Shown: piece by piece, positions 1 to 12,580 of the stretch
How the letters are laid out: each line of letters begins with the position of its first letter
Position numbering within the stretch: the first letter of the stretch is position 1
Origin: Octopus sinensis
Lineage: Eukaryota
Length of the DNA: 64,000 nucleotides
Assembly (NCBI RefSeq): GCF_006345805.1
Contig: NC_043001.1
Coordinates: 86,118,001-86,182,000, forward strand
Direction: 5' to 3'
Position numbers and translations under genes: made by a program
The notes under the pieces: model-generated
Told to the model about the DNA's origin: nothing
What the model saw: the letters and a program-made list of their open reading frames with translations, nothing else
Database searches by the model: none

Positions 1-22
1 ATAATAATAATAATAATAATAA

Positions 23-551
23 ATGCCTTGATGCAGTACCAAGCAGTGGCTCTCATGGCTTCTAATCCTAACTGATTGGATGTGTTATCACGTACATTGC
101 TTTGTCTTGGTATAAAAGATGGGCTACAGCAAATATTCTGCTCAATACCACAGATTTGCTTGTCAGTTGTTTGACCTTAACCAGTTGAGCATGTCTCTTA
201 GTGGCTGACAATATGTGCATCTCTGATCATGAGTAGAAGTAGTGGGGGAGCATCATAGCCATGCGTTGAGAGGGATTCTTTGGAGTGAATAATTCACCTC
301 TGGAAACATGGGTGGTTCGTTCAACATCCTTAAACAACCCTTATTCAGGACCTTTTGAGTGAAATGGGCTACTTGACCAGAAGAAAATTCTAACTGGGCC
401 CCACCTGCAAGGTCACGTGCTGTTTATTTTGATATGGGATTATCATGTCGTGCACATATGGTTGTGATGCATGTACCTAGTGCACCCTTATCAGACGGGT
501 AGTGATGATGGGTATACCGGGCTACGTATATTTTACCCCAGTGTCTCGCTC
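23..551. mobile_element. ~500-bp non-coding dispersed repeat embedded in (TAA)n; copy 1
   Basis: Homologous to 15305-15778 and to the reverse complement of 44450-44994; (AAT)n on both sides. Confidence 0.85.
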
Positions 552-576
552 AATAATAATAATAATAATAATGATG

Positions 577-628
<52 letters not shown>

Positions 629-663
629 CACTACTACTACTACTACTACTATTAGTAATGCTA

Positions 664-695
<32 letters not shown>

Positions 696-716
696 ACCGC
701 TGTTACTGCTATTTTT
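552..716. repeat. Compound trinucleotide microsatellite (AAT)n-(ACT)n-(GTT)n-(GCT)n
   Basis: Seen directly; ends about 30 nt before the exon acceptor at 748. Confidence 0.95.
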
Positions 717-747
717 GATGATGAAGTTTGTTTTCTATTTTGTGCAG

Positions 748-878
748 GAAAATGGACAAAGTAAAAGAATGCATAGAGAACAAGAAACCTTGGATGGAAC
801 ACTGTCACATCGATAACATGATATCTTGGGATATGTTCCAGAAAGGTTTTGGCTATCTTTGTGGTGAAGGATATGATG
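748..878 (+). CDS. Internal exon of Cys-rich (DUF19/T20D4.11-like) single-pass membrane protein; gene starts upstream of the window
   Basis: ttttgtgcAG|G...GATG|GTaagc; 131 nt, phase 2 to 1; encodes (R)KMDKVKECIENKKPWMEHCHIDNMISWDMFQKGFGYLCGEGYD; joins in frame to 4071. Confidence 0.85.
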
Positions 879-1255
879 GTAAGCTGATGTATTTTGAAAT
901 GCTGTTCAGTGCAGTGCTTGTAGTGTAGTGTAATGTACTGTGTTGTGTTGAGAGATGGCGGGGTATTGAGAGAGATTGAGACGGTTGTGGTTGGTTAAAG
1001 CTCGGTCAATCCTTGATTGAGCGGAGCAATTATTAAAAACACCAAACTGTGCCCGTCCTTCTTTTTCGGAAGCATCTGCTACTTCGATAGCCATTATAAC
1101 TTGTTCTTATTTAAGACAGCAAGTTGTTATTTGAAAAAAATATTGCTGCTATTTCTATCAGGTCGAACAATCTTGTGGAAGCTCACTCATTATCTTGTAT
1201 ACGGGGTTGTTCAGTCCGTGACCTAGTAGTTACAGTTTTGTGCGCATGATCATAA

Positions 1256-1563
1256 GTAGAGGCACATGGCCTAGTGGTTAGAGCAGCGGACTCGCGGTCC
1301 AGGGATCGCGGGTTCGAATTTCAGACCGGACGATGTGTGTGTTTATGAGCGAAACACCTAAGCTCCACGCGGCTCCAGCAGAAGGTAATGACGAAACTTC
1401 TGCTGACTCTTTCGCCACAACTTTCTCTCACTCTTTCCTCCTTCATCTTGCAGCTCACCTGCGACGGACCGAGAGTCTCGTCCAGGTAGGGAACCTATTA
1501 GCCAAGAAACTGGGAAACCGGCCCTTATGAGCCAGGTATGGCTCGAGAAGGAACAAACAACAA
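1256..1563 (+). mobile_element. tRNA-derived SINE (OR1-like) with an 11-bp TSD
   Basis: A/B-box head; CATGATCATAA duplicated at 1245-1255 and 1564-1574. Confidence 0.9.
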
Positions 1564-3511
1564 CATGATCATAAAGTCATGGGTTCGATTGCCGAAATGA
1601 GAAGCGCTATATAATTGAACAAGGCATATTAATCATTTAACGTTGCTCCAGTCTAGGCAGCTGAAAGTGAGCACCAACCGAGTGTTTGTACATCTTTCTT
1701 TCCTTTCATCGGTCATATCCTCAGTGTTTCGCTCGGTCCAAAAGTAGAACGGTCGAAGGTTGTCTACGTTAACTCGCATCTACATAGACACCTAAAACAA
1801 TTGGCGAATGCGTGTTCCAAGCAACCAACTCATGTTTCCTTACGATTGACTGTTAAGCCAGTCATTTCCAGTCGTGTAATGGTGCTTATGCAGTGGTTAA
1901 TGCGACGTAGTTGATGTGAGTATTTATTAAAAGTGAGACGATCTATCAAGCAACGTATTTCATCATCCACTTTTTCCTTACCTCCTCAACTCTGCCATCC
2001 ATGAAATAACATTATTGACTATGGTTTATGTCATTTATTCTAGATAAAATGTACCTGGATGTGAAATCCTCTCAATTCTGATGTTGATAAATTCCTATTT
2101 AATTCATTTTAAAATTCATCATTATAACTACCTCTGTAGCAACAAGCGCTAAAAATGTTGTCATTTATTTACGCACTTTCATCTACGAGAGTCCGTAATA
2201 TACAATACACTGAAAAACGGAACTGAAATAAAGCCAAGATACACTTAGGTCTTTTAATGGCGCAGTACATCTTGCAATAAATTTATACAAGAGACGGGAA
2301 TGCAGAACTCATTAATTACTGGATACTTCCTTAGAGTTTGCACCATTGACATTATATATCCTAGATATATATAACAAGAAGAGAAAGATGTCAAAATCTA
2401 GTGAATCTATTAAAATAATGTATCGCTTTCCAATCTCTGCTGCGGTATGAATGTTTCCGTTTACAGTACTTTGTAGATATCAATGATTAAAACGTGTGGC
2501 GGCGGTAGACATCAGTTTTAATATTCATTAGCTGAACACTTCTGCATCAGAGAATTTGTGTGTTACTTAATAACTCATTTGAAACATGTCAATTGCTTTT
2601 ACAAATTCAAATGTTCGAATACTCTGGGAATTCAAGAATCAATAGTGAAATAACTGGTTCTCATTTAGGCACAAGGCAGTAATTTCAAGGTGAGGGGTTT
2701 AGTCAATACCCTCGAACTCCGTACTACACTGGTATTTAATTTTTTCGACCCCGGAGCGATGAAAAAATAAGTCGACCTTGGCAAAATTTAAACACAGAAT
2801 GTAAAGAGACATCTCCAAATACTGTTAAGTATTTGATCTGATGCTCTGGATATTCTGCCAGCTCGCCGCTTTCATTCGAGAAGTAATAACACATTCTTCT
2901 ATAGGTACAAGGCCTGAAATTAGGTGGGAGTGGTAAGTCGATTATATTGACCCCAGCACTCAACACAGTTATCTCATCAAACCCGAAACAATGAAAGGCA
3001 AAGTCAACTTCGGTGATATTTGAGCTCAGAACATCAACACGGACGAAATGCCGTGAATCACATTGTCCGGCATGTTAAGGTTTCTGCCAGCTCGCTGCCT
3101 TAACTCGTGAATTAATATTTGTTTCAAATTTTGACTCAAGGCCAGCAATTGTGGGGGAGGGGTAAGTCATTTAACATCGACCCTATTGCTCAACTTGTGA
3201 AGTAATAGTGTAAACATGATAGCGAAATCATAAACCAAAAGAAAAAAAAACACCTGCAAAGCAGTCACAAACAATCATGAAACCAGACAGCAATCGGACT
3301 GATAGACAGAATCATAAGAACATCGGTTAAAATACGTTTCGGTATTTGTTCTGACTATATACAATCTGAGTTCAAATCCGGCAGAGTTCAACTTTACCAT
3401 TCATCCTTTCGTAATCGATGAAATAATGTATCAGTCAAGTGCTAAGTTGATATAATGAATTGACCCCTTTCTTCCAAACTCCTAGCATTGGGCCCTATTT
3501 AGAGGTAATTA

Positions 3512-3743
3512 TTGGGTTTGTGCATAATTATTGTGGTTTTGTTTTTTCAACAAATTTTATTCAACAAAAACAATAACAATTTTTAACAAACACATCTTTA
3601 AATGACGGTCTGACCGTCTGCCAAGCAAATAGGAACCAGCAATTGAAGTAGTTGGTGAATAATGTTTTTGTTACATGTTGTTATAGTTTTTGCTGAATAA
3701 AATTTGTTGAAAAAAGAGCAGCAAAAATTATGCATCAACCCAA
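3512..3743. mobile_element. Tc1/mariner-type MITE with long terminal inverted repeats
   Basis: TA|TTGGGTTTGTGCATAATT...AATTATGCATCAACCCAA|TA; imperfect TIRs of about 80 bp; TA TSD. Confidence 0.85.
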
Positions 3744-4070
3744 TATAAAAGCATCCAGCCTTCCTCTTTTAATTCTTTTTCTATTGAATAATAATTTCTA
3801 GCATTGGTTTGAAACCAGGATTTTGTGAGTAACGAAATCAAGTCATATAAATTTATAAGAATATAGGACAATTTTAACCAATCTGAAGGAGGGAAAGAAT
3901 AATGAAAGAAAACGTAGAGAAAGAATGAAAAAGTTATGAAGTATGTGAATCCAGAAGTGTGAACGGATGTTACTGAATATTATTAAGTATTGGATTCAAT
4001 ACTATCATTTCTCGTATAATCTAAAAATTCTATTTTTCCTTTATTTTTACCAACTTTTTAATGTGTTCAG

Positions 4071-4212
4071 TGTATGCACAAAATTCAAGATGCCTATCCA
4101 ACACACAAGTTAATGGTACAGTAAGACAATGTTCCAGAATATGGTCACGCCAGTTACATGCAATTATATTAGATGAACCACCACGGGCACAAAAGTACAA
4201 GAGAACATGCAG
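4071..4212 (+). CDS. Internal exon of the same Cys-rich membrane protein
   Basis: Pyrimidine tract + ttcAG|TG...TGCAG|GTaagt; 142 nt, phase 1 to 2; VYAQNSRCLSNTQVNGTVRQCSRIWSRQLHAIILDEPPRAQKYKRTCR; open only in the frame required by the flanking exons. Confidence 0.85.
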
Positions 4213-4499
4213 GTAAGTAGTTTGCGTTTTTATTCTTACAATGGTTCTTCAAAAACTGCAGTTTACGCAGACGCACACACACACACATTTTCTTACATAA
4301 ATATGTTTCCACTATGTCATGTCAAACTTAATAGCACACCCAACCGGCGAGCTGGCAGAGTCGTTAGTATGTCGATTAAAATGTTTAGTGGCATATCGTC
4401 TGTCGACTTTTTAACCTTTCAAGGTCGATAAAATAAGTACCAGTTAAGCCCTAGGGTCAATGTTGTCGACTTACCCCATCCTCAGAATTGCTGGCCTTG

Positions 4500-4703
4500 T
4501 GTGTCTGTGTTTGTCCCCCCAACATCGCTTGACAACCGATGCTGGTGTGTTTACGTACCCGTAACTTAGCGGTTCGGCAAATTAGACCGATAGAATAAGT
4601 ACTAGGCTTACAAAGAATAAGTCGATTTGCTCGACTAAAGGCGATGCTCCAGCATGGCCACAGTCAAATAACTGAAACAAGTAAAAGAGTTAAGAGTAAA
4701 GAG
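4500..4703 (+). mobile_element. 3' half of the microsatellite-containing tRNA SINE family (called family A here)
   Basis: ..GCTGGTGTGTTTACG..CTTAGCGGTTCGGC..GACTGAAACAAGTAAAAGAGT tail shared with many copies. Confidence 0.8.
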
Positions 4704-4802
4704 ACTGATGCAGTAGAATCCTCATATTTTCTATACGTATTTAAATTGAAAACTAAACATTCTCTCGAAATCTACACATCACGCTTCTTGTTTATATTTT
4801 AG

Positions 4803-4936
4803 AATCCTGAAAGACTATCGGAGTTGTCTATCACATGGTATCCAGCGATTCTGTTCCAAAGGTGCTGCACATGTCATGGTAAAGATGTGGGATTTATCAT
4901 TAGCACCGTTTCGAGAGAAAATGATGTGTGATGAAA
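4803..4936 (+). CDS. Internal exon of the same Cys-rich membrane protein
   Basis: ttttAG|A...GAAA|GTaagt; 134 nt, phase 2 to 1; ILKDYRSCLSHGIQRFCSKGAAHVMVKMWDLSLAPFREKMMCDE. Confidence 0.85.
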
Positions 4937-5377
4937 GTAAGTAAACAAATTATTTCCTGTTCTATTGCTATTGTTACTGGTTTCCTAAAAAATAAAAGTT
5001 CTTTCGAAATTGAAACTCATATTTATTACATTCTTTCGATGCTCAACCGTGTGAGTACTGTGGGGGATTTTCCTCTCTGTGTGCTCCATGCATGAGAACA
5101 GTGTTTGCTTAATTTTCCCTTTTTTCTGTACTTTCGAGCGTTCTACCGTCTAGTGTGTTTACCGTGCACAGAAAGGTTACTTTCGCATATTGTGTATATA
5201 TGTGATCGTTTGGTTTTTGTTATACATTTTTCTACATAATTCATTGAATCATTTCCATTAAATCATTATCGGCGCTGTATCAATAGGTGTTCGAAGTTTC
5301 CATGATTCATGTGTGGGTAACTTTTTCAGAAGTTTCCTCATAGTCAATCCACGTTATACTCAGATCATTCTTTCCTT

Positions 5378-5682
5378 AGTGGAGGCACATGGCCTAGTGG
5401 TTAGAGCAGCGGACTCACGGTCGAGGGATCGCGGGTTCGAATCTTAGACCGGGTGATGTGTGTGCTTATGAGCGAAACACCTAAGCTCCACGTGTCTCCG
5501 GCAGAAGGTAATGGTGAACTACTGTTGACTCTTTCGCCACAACTTTCTCTCACTGTTTCCACCTGCATCTTGCAGCTCACCTGCGACGGACCGGCGTCCC
5601 GTCCAGGTGGGGAATTTCTACGCCACTGCAACCGGGAAAGCGGCCCTTATGAGCCTGGCATGGCTCGGGAAGGAACATTCTT
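5378..5682 (+). mobile_element. tRNA-derived SINE (OR1-like)
   Basis: Same head and body as 1256-1563. Confidence 0.85.
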
Positions 5683-6133
5683 TCCCTACGTTCATTTATA
5701 ATTATTTTCTTGATTCTTACAGTTACGTGAACTTTTGTAGTATCCTTTCTGCACTTCTAAAAATACGTAATTTATTTGTTCAGTTATGAATTTTATCTGT
5801 CTGATAGATCTTTGAAAGTTCTAAGGCAAGTTACTAGCCTGTAATCTTAAGGTCTGCTGATTCATTTTCTGTTCACTATTTTTCTATAAGGAGATTCCAT
5901 TTCCTATAACTGCCACAAGACTAGTTAGAGGCCCGGGTGTCACTGCTTCTTACAGTAATATTTTGAAATTTTGAGAGTTGTCTCCCTTGCAACATGTGAG
6001 TCTAAATCTTATAAATAACGAATTATTCCAAATGTTATGGTTACAGTTCTTTAAAACGTTTCCTTCTTAACACTTGAAGTAAGGAAACGTCCACTTAGGT
6101 ATGTATTCCCTATTCAGGAGACACAATGTACAT

Positions 6134-6174
<41 letters not shown>

Positions 6175-6414
6175 CGTTTCAAATTTTATCACAAGGGCAG
6201 CCATTTTGTGGGGAGGTATTCAGCCGATTATATCGACCGCAGCGTTTAATTGGTACTTACTTTATAGACCTCGAAAGAATGAAAGGCAAAGTTGATCTCG
6301 GCAATATTTGAACTCAGAATGTAAAGACGAACGAAATGCCGTTAAGCATTTTCACAGGCGTGTTAACGATTCTACCAGCACGCTGCCTTTAAATAATATT
6401 AATAATAATCTTTT

Positions 6415-7840
6415 TTAATTGATCACAAGTGCTGAACAAAAAACGAAAAGAGACAATACAACACAAAGGACAAGTGGAGCTTAGCACAGAAATTCGTGTA
6501 TAAGAAAGGGGAACAAGAACAATTAATACCAAAATTTCAACAATAAAATTTCTCTAATGAGGAGTATTTCGCCCAGAGATAGCCAAGGAACTCCACATAT
6601 CCTGGTTACCCCGATCGCCACGGTAACCTCAGCAGATGCCGCTCTCTTCAACTCTTCCATTTTACAAACCTACGCTCAGAGTTGGCTCATTCACACGGAT
6701 CATCATCGCCACATTCACCCGACTTTCCACAAAAATATTGGATGGAAGCAGTACTTCTCTTTCGACCAACACTTTTGTTTTCAAGTGAATCTTGGAAACG
6801 TTGATAATGGCTTCGCCAAAGAATGTCTTCAGTCCTTTCAAACTCGTCCACCACACTACCTCTTTCGCCATAGCCACCAGATACAGGCAAACTACTTTCC
6901 CTTCCCGGCTAAAACAAAGCAGCAGCGAAATCTTCACGGTGGATTCAGCTAACCAGATCTAACCTACATGTGTCAACAGTTCGACAAATTTCCACACGTC
7001 AGTAATGCCCGGATACTCGACGGGTGCATGCAGAACGGTTTCCTTGCCCTGCGCACATGTCGGGCTGGCCGTTCTTATAGCACTTCCGTGCTTGTAGAGC
7101 TTTTCCCCTAACCAGCAGAGTTCCCTGGCAACACTGCCAGGTCAGGGATTTCTAAAAATTATCCTTAAACCCCGGCTCGAAAGTCCTCCGGTAAAGACAA
7201 GCTAATTGATCCCTCTCAATACTCTCAGGACGTCCCTTCCACAGAAAACAGAAGAGCAAGCGATCCAGCTTGATCAGCCACGAAGCAGAGAAAGAGACAA
7301 AGGACAGGCGATAGTAGATAACGAAAGTGATGTACTCATTCTCCACTTCTGTCCGACCTTTCAGGGACCGCTACCTCTGTACCCATTTCAAAGTGAGACT
7401 GGCCACCCTCTTCGTCACCTCTTCACAATTTTTGTCCACCTGGAAGTCCGGACCAAACCAAACCCCAAGCAATTTAACCGATCCTTCCGTCCAACGTCCT
7501 ATGATGTTGTCACTCGGCATGGACCTATCTCTTCAGGTCCGAGCTGCAGGCCCATCGACTTCTAGTTAATCTTTGCTCCTGTCACCGCTTCGTACTCCCT
7601 TGAATTAGTGTCGATCCGACACTATTACAGTGACAGCGTCTGCATAAGCCAAAACGAACCTACCGTATTATTGTTCACGAGAGATACCCCTCGAATATCC
7701 AACTTTCTTAGTAATGGCTCGAGAGCAAACACGTACAGAAGGAGAAAGAGTGGACAATTTTGACGGATGGAACGTGCGATGCTAAACGATTCCGATAAAG
7801 AGCTATTTACTTTGACCACTGAATAGATGTCGCTGTACAA
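6415..7840 (-). mobile_element. 5'-truncated Tx1/L1-clade non-LTR retrotransposon remnant (RT C-half plus C-terminal domain)
   Basis: ORFs 7625..7840 (VKVN..LS..FSI.RS.RQ.CPL..LLYVFALEPLLRKL), 7152..7346 (LDRLLFCFLWKGRPE) and 6662..6937; frameshifted; A-rich 3' end near 6415. Confidence 0.85.
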
Positions 7841-7844
7841 AAAA

Positions 7845-8031
7845 GGACAGACACACGGATTAAGTCGATTACATCGACCCCAGTGCGTAACTGGTACTTA
7901 ATTTATCGACCCCGAAAGGATGAAAGGCAAAGTCGACCTCAGCGGAATTTGAACTCAGAACGTAACGGCAGACGAAATACGGCTACGCATTTCGCCCGGC
8001 GTGCTAACGATTCTGCCAGCTCACCGCCTTG
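7845..8031 (-). mobile_element. CORE-type tRNA SINE (OR2-like)
   Basis: Head GGCGGTGAGCTGGCAGAATCGTTAGCACG; core GACTTTGCCTTTCATCCTTTCGGGGTCGATAAATTAAGTACC; more than 20 related copies or fragments across the window (e.g. near 2640-3200, 6176-6390, 10760-11000, 12705-13050, 14895-15303, 28760-29200, 38000-38205, 54905-55610). Confidence 0.85.
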
Positions 8032-8120
8032 CCTACCATCTATCAGACGTAGCCCGTGAAGAGGAGGTTGCCGAGGATAGATATGTTTAGGATCGCGCTG
8101 ATCACAAATTTGTGGTCAAT

Positions 8121-8300
8121 GTAATCTACGCTTTTGAAACGTGGACAACTTATGCCACTTCTATCTGCAGGCCTACAAAATACTTTATCTAGATACTATT
8201 TGGAAAATCTGATGTCGTTTGCCCGTGTCCACATCAATGCATTCCGCAAATTCAGTCAGTTTCTGTTGGTCAATCGGAAGCGACTTAGCAGATTTATGAT
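8121..8300 (+). mobile_element. Degenerate RTE-like LINE fragment
   Basis: Translates VIYAFETWTTYA (compare RTE LLYG.ETWT.Y). Confidence 0.5.
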
Positions 8301-8579
8301 GTTTTTACACACACATGCACACCTCCTATCGGCTAGCCCCACCCTATTCCTGCAGATAGGGCTCAAATATGTTAACACGATAAGATTATGCTTCGACCCC
8401 AGGGCTTATTCTTTGTAAGCCTAGTACTTAATCTATCGGTCTCTTTTGGCGAACTGCTAAGTAATTGGGACGAAACACACCAGCATCGGCTGTCAAGCGA
8501 TGGTGGGGGACAGAAACAGACACGCACACAAATACACACACACACACACACACACTCACGCACTCACGCACGCACAAAC

Positions 8580-8637
<58 letters not shown>

Positions 8638-8640
<3 letters not shown>

Positions 8641-8947
8641 TGTGATCACCGTGACCGACCAGACTATCAGATGTTTTACACATCGCTGGTCACAATGCGC
8701 TTCGCATTGTTTTAGCCTTCAAATGACGCCACTCCGCTGGCTAAGTGAGCAGGCCAACAGAAGAATGAATGAGAGAAAGTTGTGGCGAAAGAGTACAGCA
8801 GGGATCGCCACCACCCACTGCCGGAGCCTCGTGGAGCTTTGGGGGTTTTCGCTCAATAATCACTCACAACGCCCAGTCTGGGAATCGAAACCGCGATCCT
8901 ACAACCGCGAGTCCGCTGCCCTAACCACTGGGCCATTGCGTCTCCAC
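8638..8947 (-). mobile_element. tRNA-derived SINE (OR1-like head) with a distinctive tail, fused downstream of the 5S copy
   Basis: Head GTGGAGACGCAATGGCCCAGTGGTTAGGGCAGCGGACTCGCGG...GGTTTCGATTCCC (A and B boxes); tail ends ...GGTCACGGTGATCACAGTG directly at (TA)n. Confidence 0.85.
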
Positions 8948-8961
8948 TTACAATGTGTGAC

Positions 8962-9803
<842 letters not shown>

Positions 9804-11612
9804 CGACGGGCTTCTTTCAGTTTCAACTAAATCCACTCACAAGGCTTTGATCGGCCCGGGGCTATAGTAGAAGACACTGGCCTAAGGTGCCACGCAGTGG
9901 GACTGAACCCGGAACCATGTGGTAGGGAAGCAAGCTTCTTACAGCACAGCCACGCTGCGCCAATGTAAGGCAATTGATAAGGATTTGGGCATCATATCCT
10001 ATTGGCCTCGATCGTTTTTACCCCATTTTTCCATATTTTCAATATGTCCAAATGCAGCTTTTTACTTAAGAGTTACTATACGTTAGTATAGTATACTGTT
10101 GCAGCAACGAATCGGGCTTGTGAAAGGTCTACTCTGCAGGCCATTTATTTTTCATTTAGGTTACTTACAGGGAACGACGTACTGGTTTTTTAATGCCAAT
10201 TCTTTACTCATCAAGTATTAAGCCAAAACGGGAAAAACAAAAATGTTTACTCGTCAAAGAAGTTCATAAATTACATGTATTGAATGCATTCATAGATACT
10301 AGATTTTAAATTTCACTTAAAAGGACGCACTTTCTAATAAAATCTGCACCTCCATTTCGTAAAATTAATTACTACGTGCGTAGTATAGGCTACACCTGAT
10401 CAACACGCCTAAAAGCTGTACGCTATTTAACCACTAGCTATTATCCTCATTTAGTCTACTGCACACAAACCATAAATGGCAATTGTAAATACCTTATAAT
10501 TCTGTGTATGCATGTTTCGTAATGAGGACAACGGCATCACTGTCGAAAATAATTGTTTCAAATTTTAGCACAAGGCTAGCAATTTTAGGGCCATGTTTAT
10601 TGGATTACATTTATGTGACTGGTACTATTTTATCGACTCCGAAAGAATAAAAGTCACAACTGACTTCGATGGAATTGTAATTCAGGAAGCAAATAGTCAG
10701 AAGAAATGCTGCTAAGTTTGTTTGTTTGTTTGTTTTGTGTTCGACATCTTAACGGTTCTTATTTCTTAATTGCCCACAAGGGGCTAAACATAGAGGGGAC
10801 AAACAAGGACAGACAAAGGGATTAAGTCGATTACATTGACCCCAGTGCGAAACTGGTACTTAATTTATCGACCCCGAAAGGATGAAAGGCAAAGTCGACT
10901 TCGGCGGAATCTGAACTGACAACATAACGGCAGACGAAATACCGCCAAGTATTTCATCCTGCACGCTAACGTTTCTGCCAGCTCGCCGTCGACATCTTAA
11001 CAGTTCTGCTAGCTCGGCGCCTTAATACTGTCGAAAATAATAGCACTAAAATTAATAACAAGACTGTTTTCAACAATGTTTGTTTTGTTTAGTCTCAACA
11101 TCCTCTTTAAGAAATATTACACATGGGTACTTTTAATAGCTCATCTTAAATAACGCACACTTTCCACGAAACGGAAAATTCAAATCCAACTGATAGGGTT
11201 TATTTATCCCACCAGCAATGGCTAAAACTATTCAACGGAGAGGCGTATGCACTATAACCCTTACCTTCACAAAATATAATTCCTGAGGAACACGCTACCC
11301 TGCACTCGAGCACGATGTAACACCATAGGAAGAAATCAAAAGTGAACTCTGCAAATCACTATTCTGTGTCTTCTCCTTCCAGTGGAACCATCTCCTCCAA
11401 TGGAACACGCCATCATTGCTGGAGTACTCTCTTTCCTTCTGGTGCTCATCATTGGTCTTTGTTTCCTGCGTAGACGCTACGTGCAAGCTAGGATGTACCA
11501 AAAATTCAAGAAAATCTGGAAATAAACGACTTCGGTTAACTTCATCTCGATATCATTACACCTCCTCAAAATACATAGTCCCACTAAACTTATATTGATG
11601 ATATTAGCAACC

Positions 11613-11674
<62 letters not shown>

Positions 11675-11686
11675 CATCATTATTAT

Positions 11687-12032
11687 CTTTCTTCAAATTT
11701 CTTCCGTTTCTCGCCGGGTGTTTTCCGTACACCTAGGGCAGAGAAGCTCATGGTATGCATTCCTAGATTACGCACGCAAATTCACAGGTAAAATATGTAT
11801 TTAAAAAACTAATAAATAAATAAAATTCATGAATGGATGTTCTTTTCACAGCAATAATGCTCTTCTCAGTACATGAGCCGTTCCACTCAACGCGATTTTT
11901 TGCACTTCCTGTAGGGATGGTAAGCCTGGCATCAATTTCAAATAGGTTTCAGTACCTGTTTTTGTCATTCCTAGAGATCCTACAATCACTAGTACTGTAG
12001 TCGCCTTAAGATGCCACATTTTTTTCAATTTC
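11687..12032 (-). mobile_element. R4/Dong-like LINE 3' fragment (end of RLE endonuclease plus 3' UTR) flanked by (TAA)n
   Basis: ORF 11846..12028 WHLKATTVLVIVGSLG...LQEVQKIALSGTAHVLRRAL; (TTA)n at 11614-11686 and 12033-12086. Confidence 0.85.
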
Positions 12033-12086
<54 letters not shown>

Positions 12087-12299
12087 CCCTCAAAATACTT
12101 AGTCTCACTAAACTTATACTGATGATATTAGCAACCATTATTGTTGTTGGATTGTTTTAATATGAGGTGTCTTACCAGAGACCTCAAATGAGAGCAAGTT
12201 CTACGTTTTACTATGGCTGTTATCTACGATTAGCAATGACATGTTGGGGGAAACACTGTGGGATTCTGGGAATTAAGATACTGTTAAATCTGTAATACT

Positions 12300-12580
12300 T
12301 TCGATTTGTGAAAGTGTTTTCAAGAGAATCAGATATTCACAGGTTTTATAACTAAAGATGCTAAAAGATGAGTTGCCAGGCAACTGAAAACTCCGAAATC
12401 TCGGAGAAAGGGAAAAATGAAATGAAGAAGGTTGCATTTACAGGGAGCGGAATTAATGTAGAATATGTAAGGCTGCCAGGGATTTGGCTTCCATATTTGT
12501 TTACTCCTCTTGATATTATTCCAAATGCCCTAATAACAATAGGTCTTATTTATTGGTGCTTTGAGATGCCATAATATTCT
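12300..12580 (-). mobile_element. Degenerate R4/Dong-like RLE fragment
   Basis: Minus strand reads approximately WHLKAPIN.PIVIRAFGIISRGVNKYGSQIPG, with an indel. Confidence 0.55.

Noticed and set aside
471-816. ORFs 471..764, 502..816 and 533..808 (poly-N/T, poly-I/L, poly-V/L)
   Set aside because: Translations of the compound triplet microsatellite; the real exon starts at 748 in another frame.
1256-1340. tRNA genes at SINE heads (also 5378, 23872, 54578, about 18340 and about 55285)
   Set aside because: A/B boxes run into SINE bodies without a proper acceptor stem or terminator; they are SINE heads.
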